Source: a virus. From it: DNA of 64,000 bases. The first letter of the stretch is position 1. Every line of letters begins with the position of its first letter. This document shows, in pieces, positions 63,553 to 64,000 of this stretch. The stretch lies in IMG/VR virus record IMGVR_UViG_3300022864_000001, positions 32,001 to 96,000 of that record; one strand, given 5' to 3'. The notes under the pieces are model-generated. The model was given only the letters and a program-made list of their open reading frames with translations. It was not told the DNA's origin and searched no databases. The translations under genes were made by a program, and so were the position numbers.

Positions 63553-64000
63553 CAGTAAAGGACATAGACAACTTTGCGATAGTAACCTGGTATTCGGCCT
63601 TCAGTTGTTCACTCGTCATGGTCAATAAATGTGCCACATCAGGCAGCCCCGCCGAGTCTCTCTCCATCTGCATGCTGATGTGGACAGCCCGCAACGCAGC
63701 GGCCGATGTCTCGAAGCCCTCGAGGCGGATGTGTGCCATCCCCTTTTTTTGAAGTTCAATGAGAGAAGACTTGTGCCTGGTGAGCATCTCTTCCAGATAA
63801 TCGGCCTCTGCACCCATGAGAGCGCGTCGGACGTGGTCGTCAAAAGCGCGCGAGCGAGCGGGCCAATCAAACGCGGTTTCCCAAAACGCCCAGTCGCGTG
63901 GAACCGCGGCACGTCCTTTGTACGCGGCGAGTCGCTCAGGGTTGCGCACCATGAGCATTTGCCTGTACGCCTTTTCACGGCTGCGCTTGCCGGGGAGTAG
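63533..64000 (-). CDS. probable terminase small subunit, 5'-partial
   Basis: Overlaps the terL start; W..R.RAFD motif; frame is open to the window edge. Confidence 0.6.
   Translation of the reverse strand, partial: LLPGKRSREKAYRQMLMVRNPERLAAYKGRAAVPRDWAFWETAFDWPARSRAFDDHVRRALMGAEADYLEEMLTRHKSSLIELQKKGMAHIRLEGFETSAAALRAVHISMQMERDSAGLPDVAHLLTMTSEQLKAEYQVTIAKLSMSFTVVDDAE

Overview
The window is about 64 kb of a long-tailed (siphovirus-like, HK97-fold) phage or prophage. A Chloroflexota host is inferred from PT-linker lipoproteins, a C-terminal YxPLVL motif, a CHAT protein and an IscB element. The + strand region 1-10.1 kb carries a split DNA methyltransferase, a GIY-YIG endonuclease, thyX, regulators, a 3D-domain protein and an unusual module: three copies of a covarying RNA stem (one grafted into a tRNA body in place of the anticodon loop) directly upstream of a 624-aa TerD-like-domain protein. 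The - strand region from 64 kb down to 10.1 kb is the late operon: terminase, portal, protease, capsid, Gly-rich fibre, a moron region (HigA-like fragment, sulfotransferase, 3 tRNAs, truncated IscB with its omegaRNA), head-tail connectors, a large glycosyl/methyltransferase cluster, tail tube, frameshifted chaperones, a 2575-aa tape measure, tail proteins including an orphan DGR-type target, a 902-aa glycoside hydrolase lipoprotein, SH3b/CHAT genes and a metallophosphoesterase. Five free-standing homing endonucleases are present. All family calls come from motif recognition by eye; no database searches were run.
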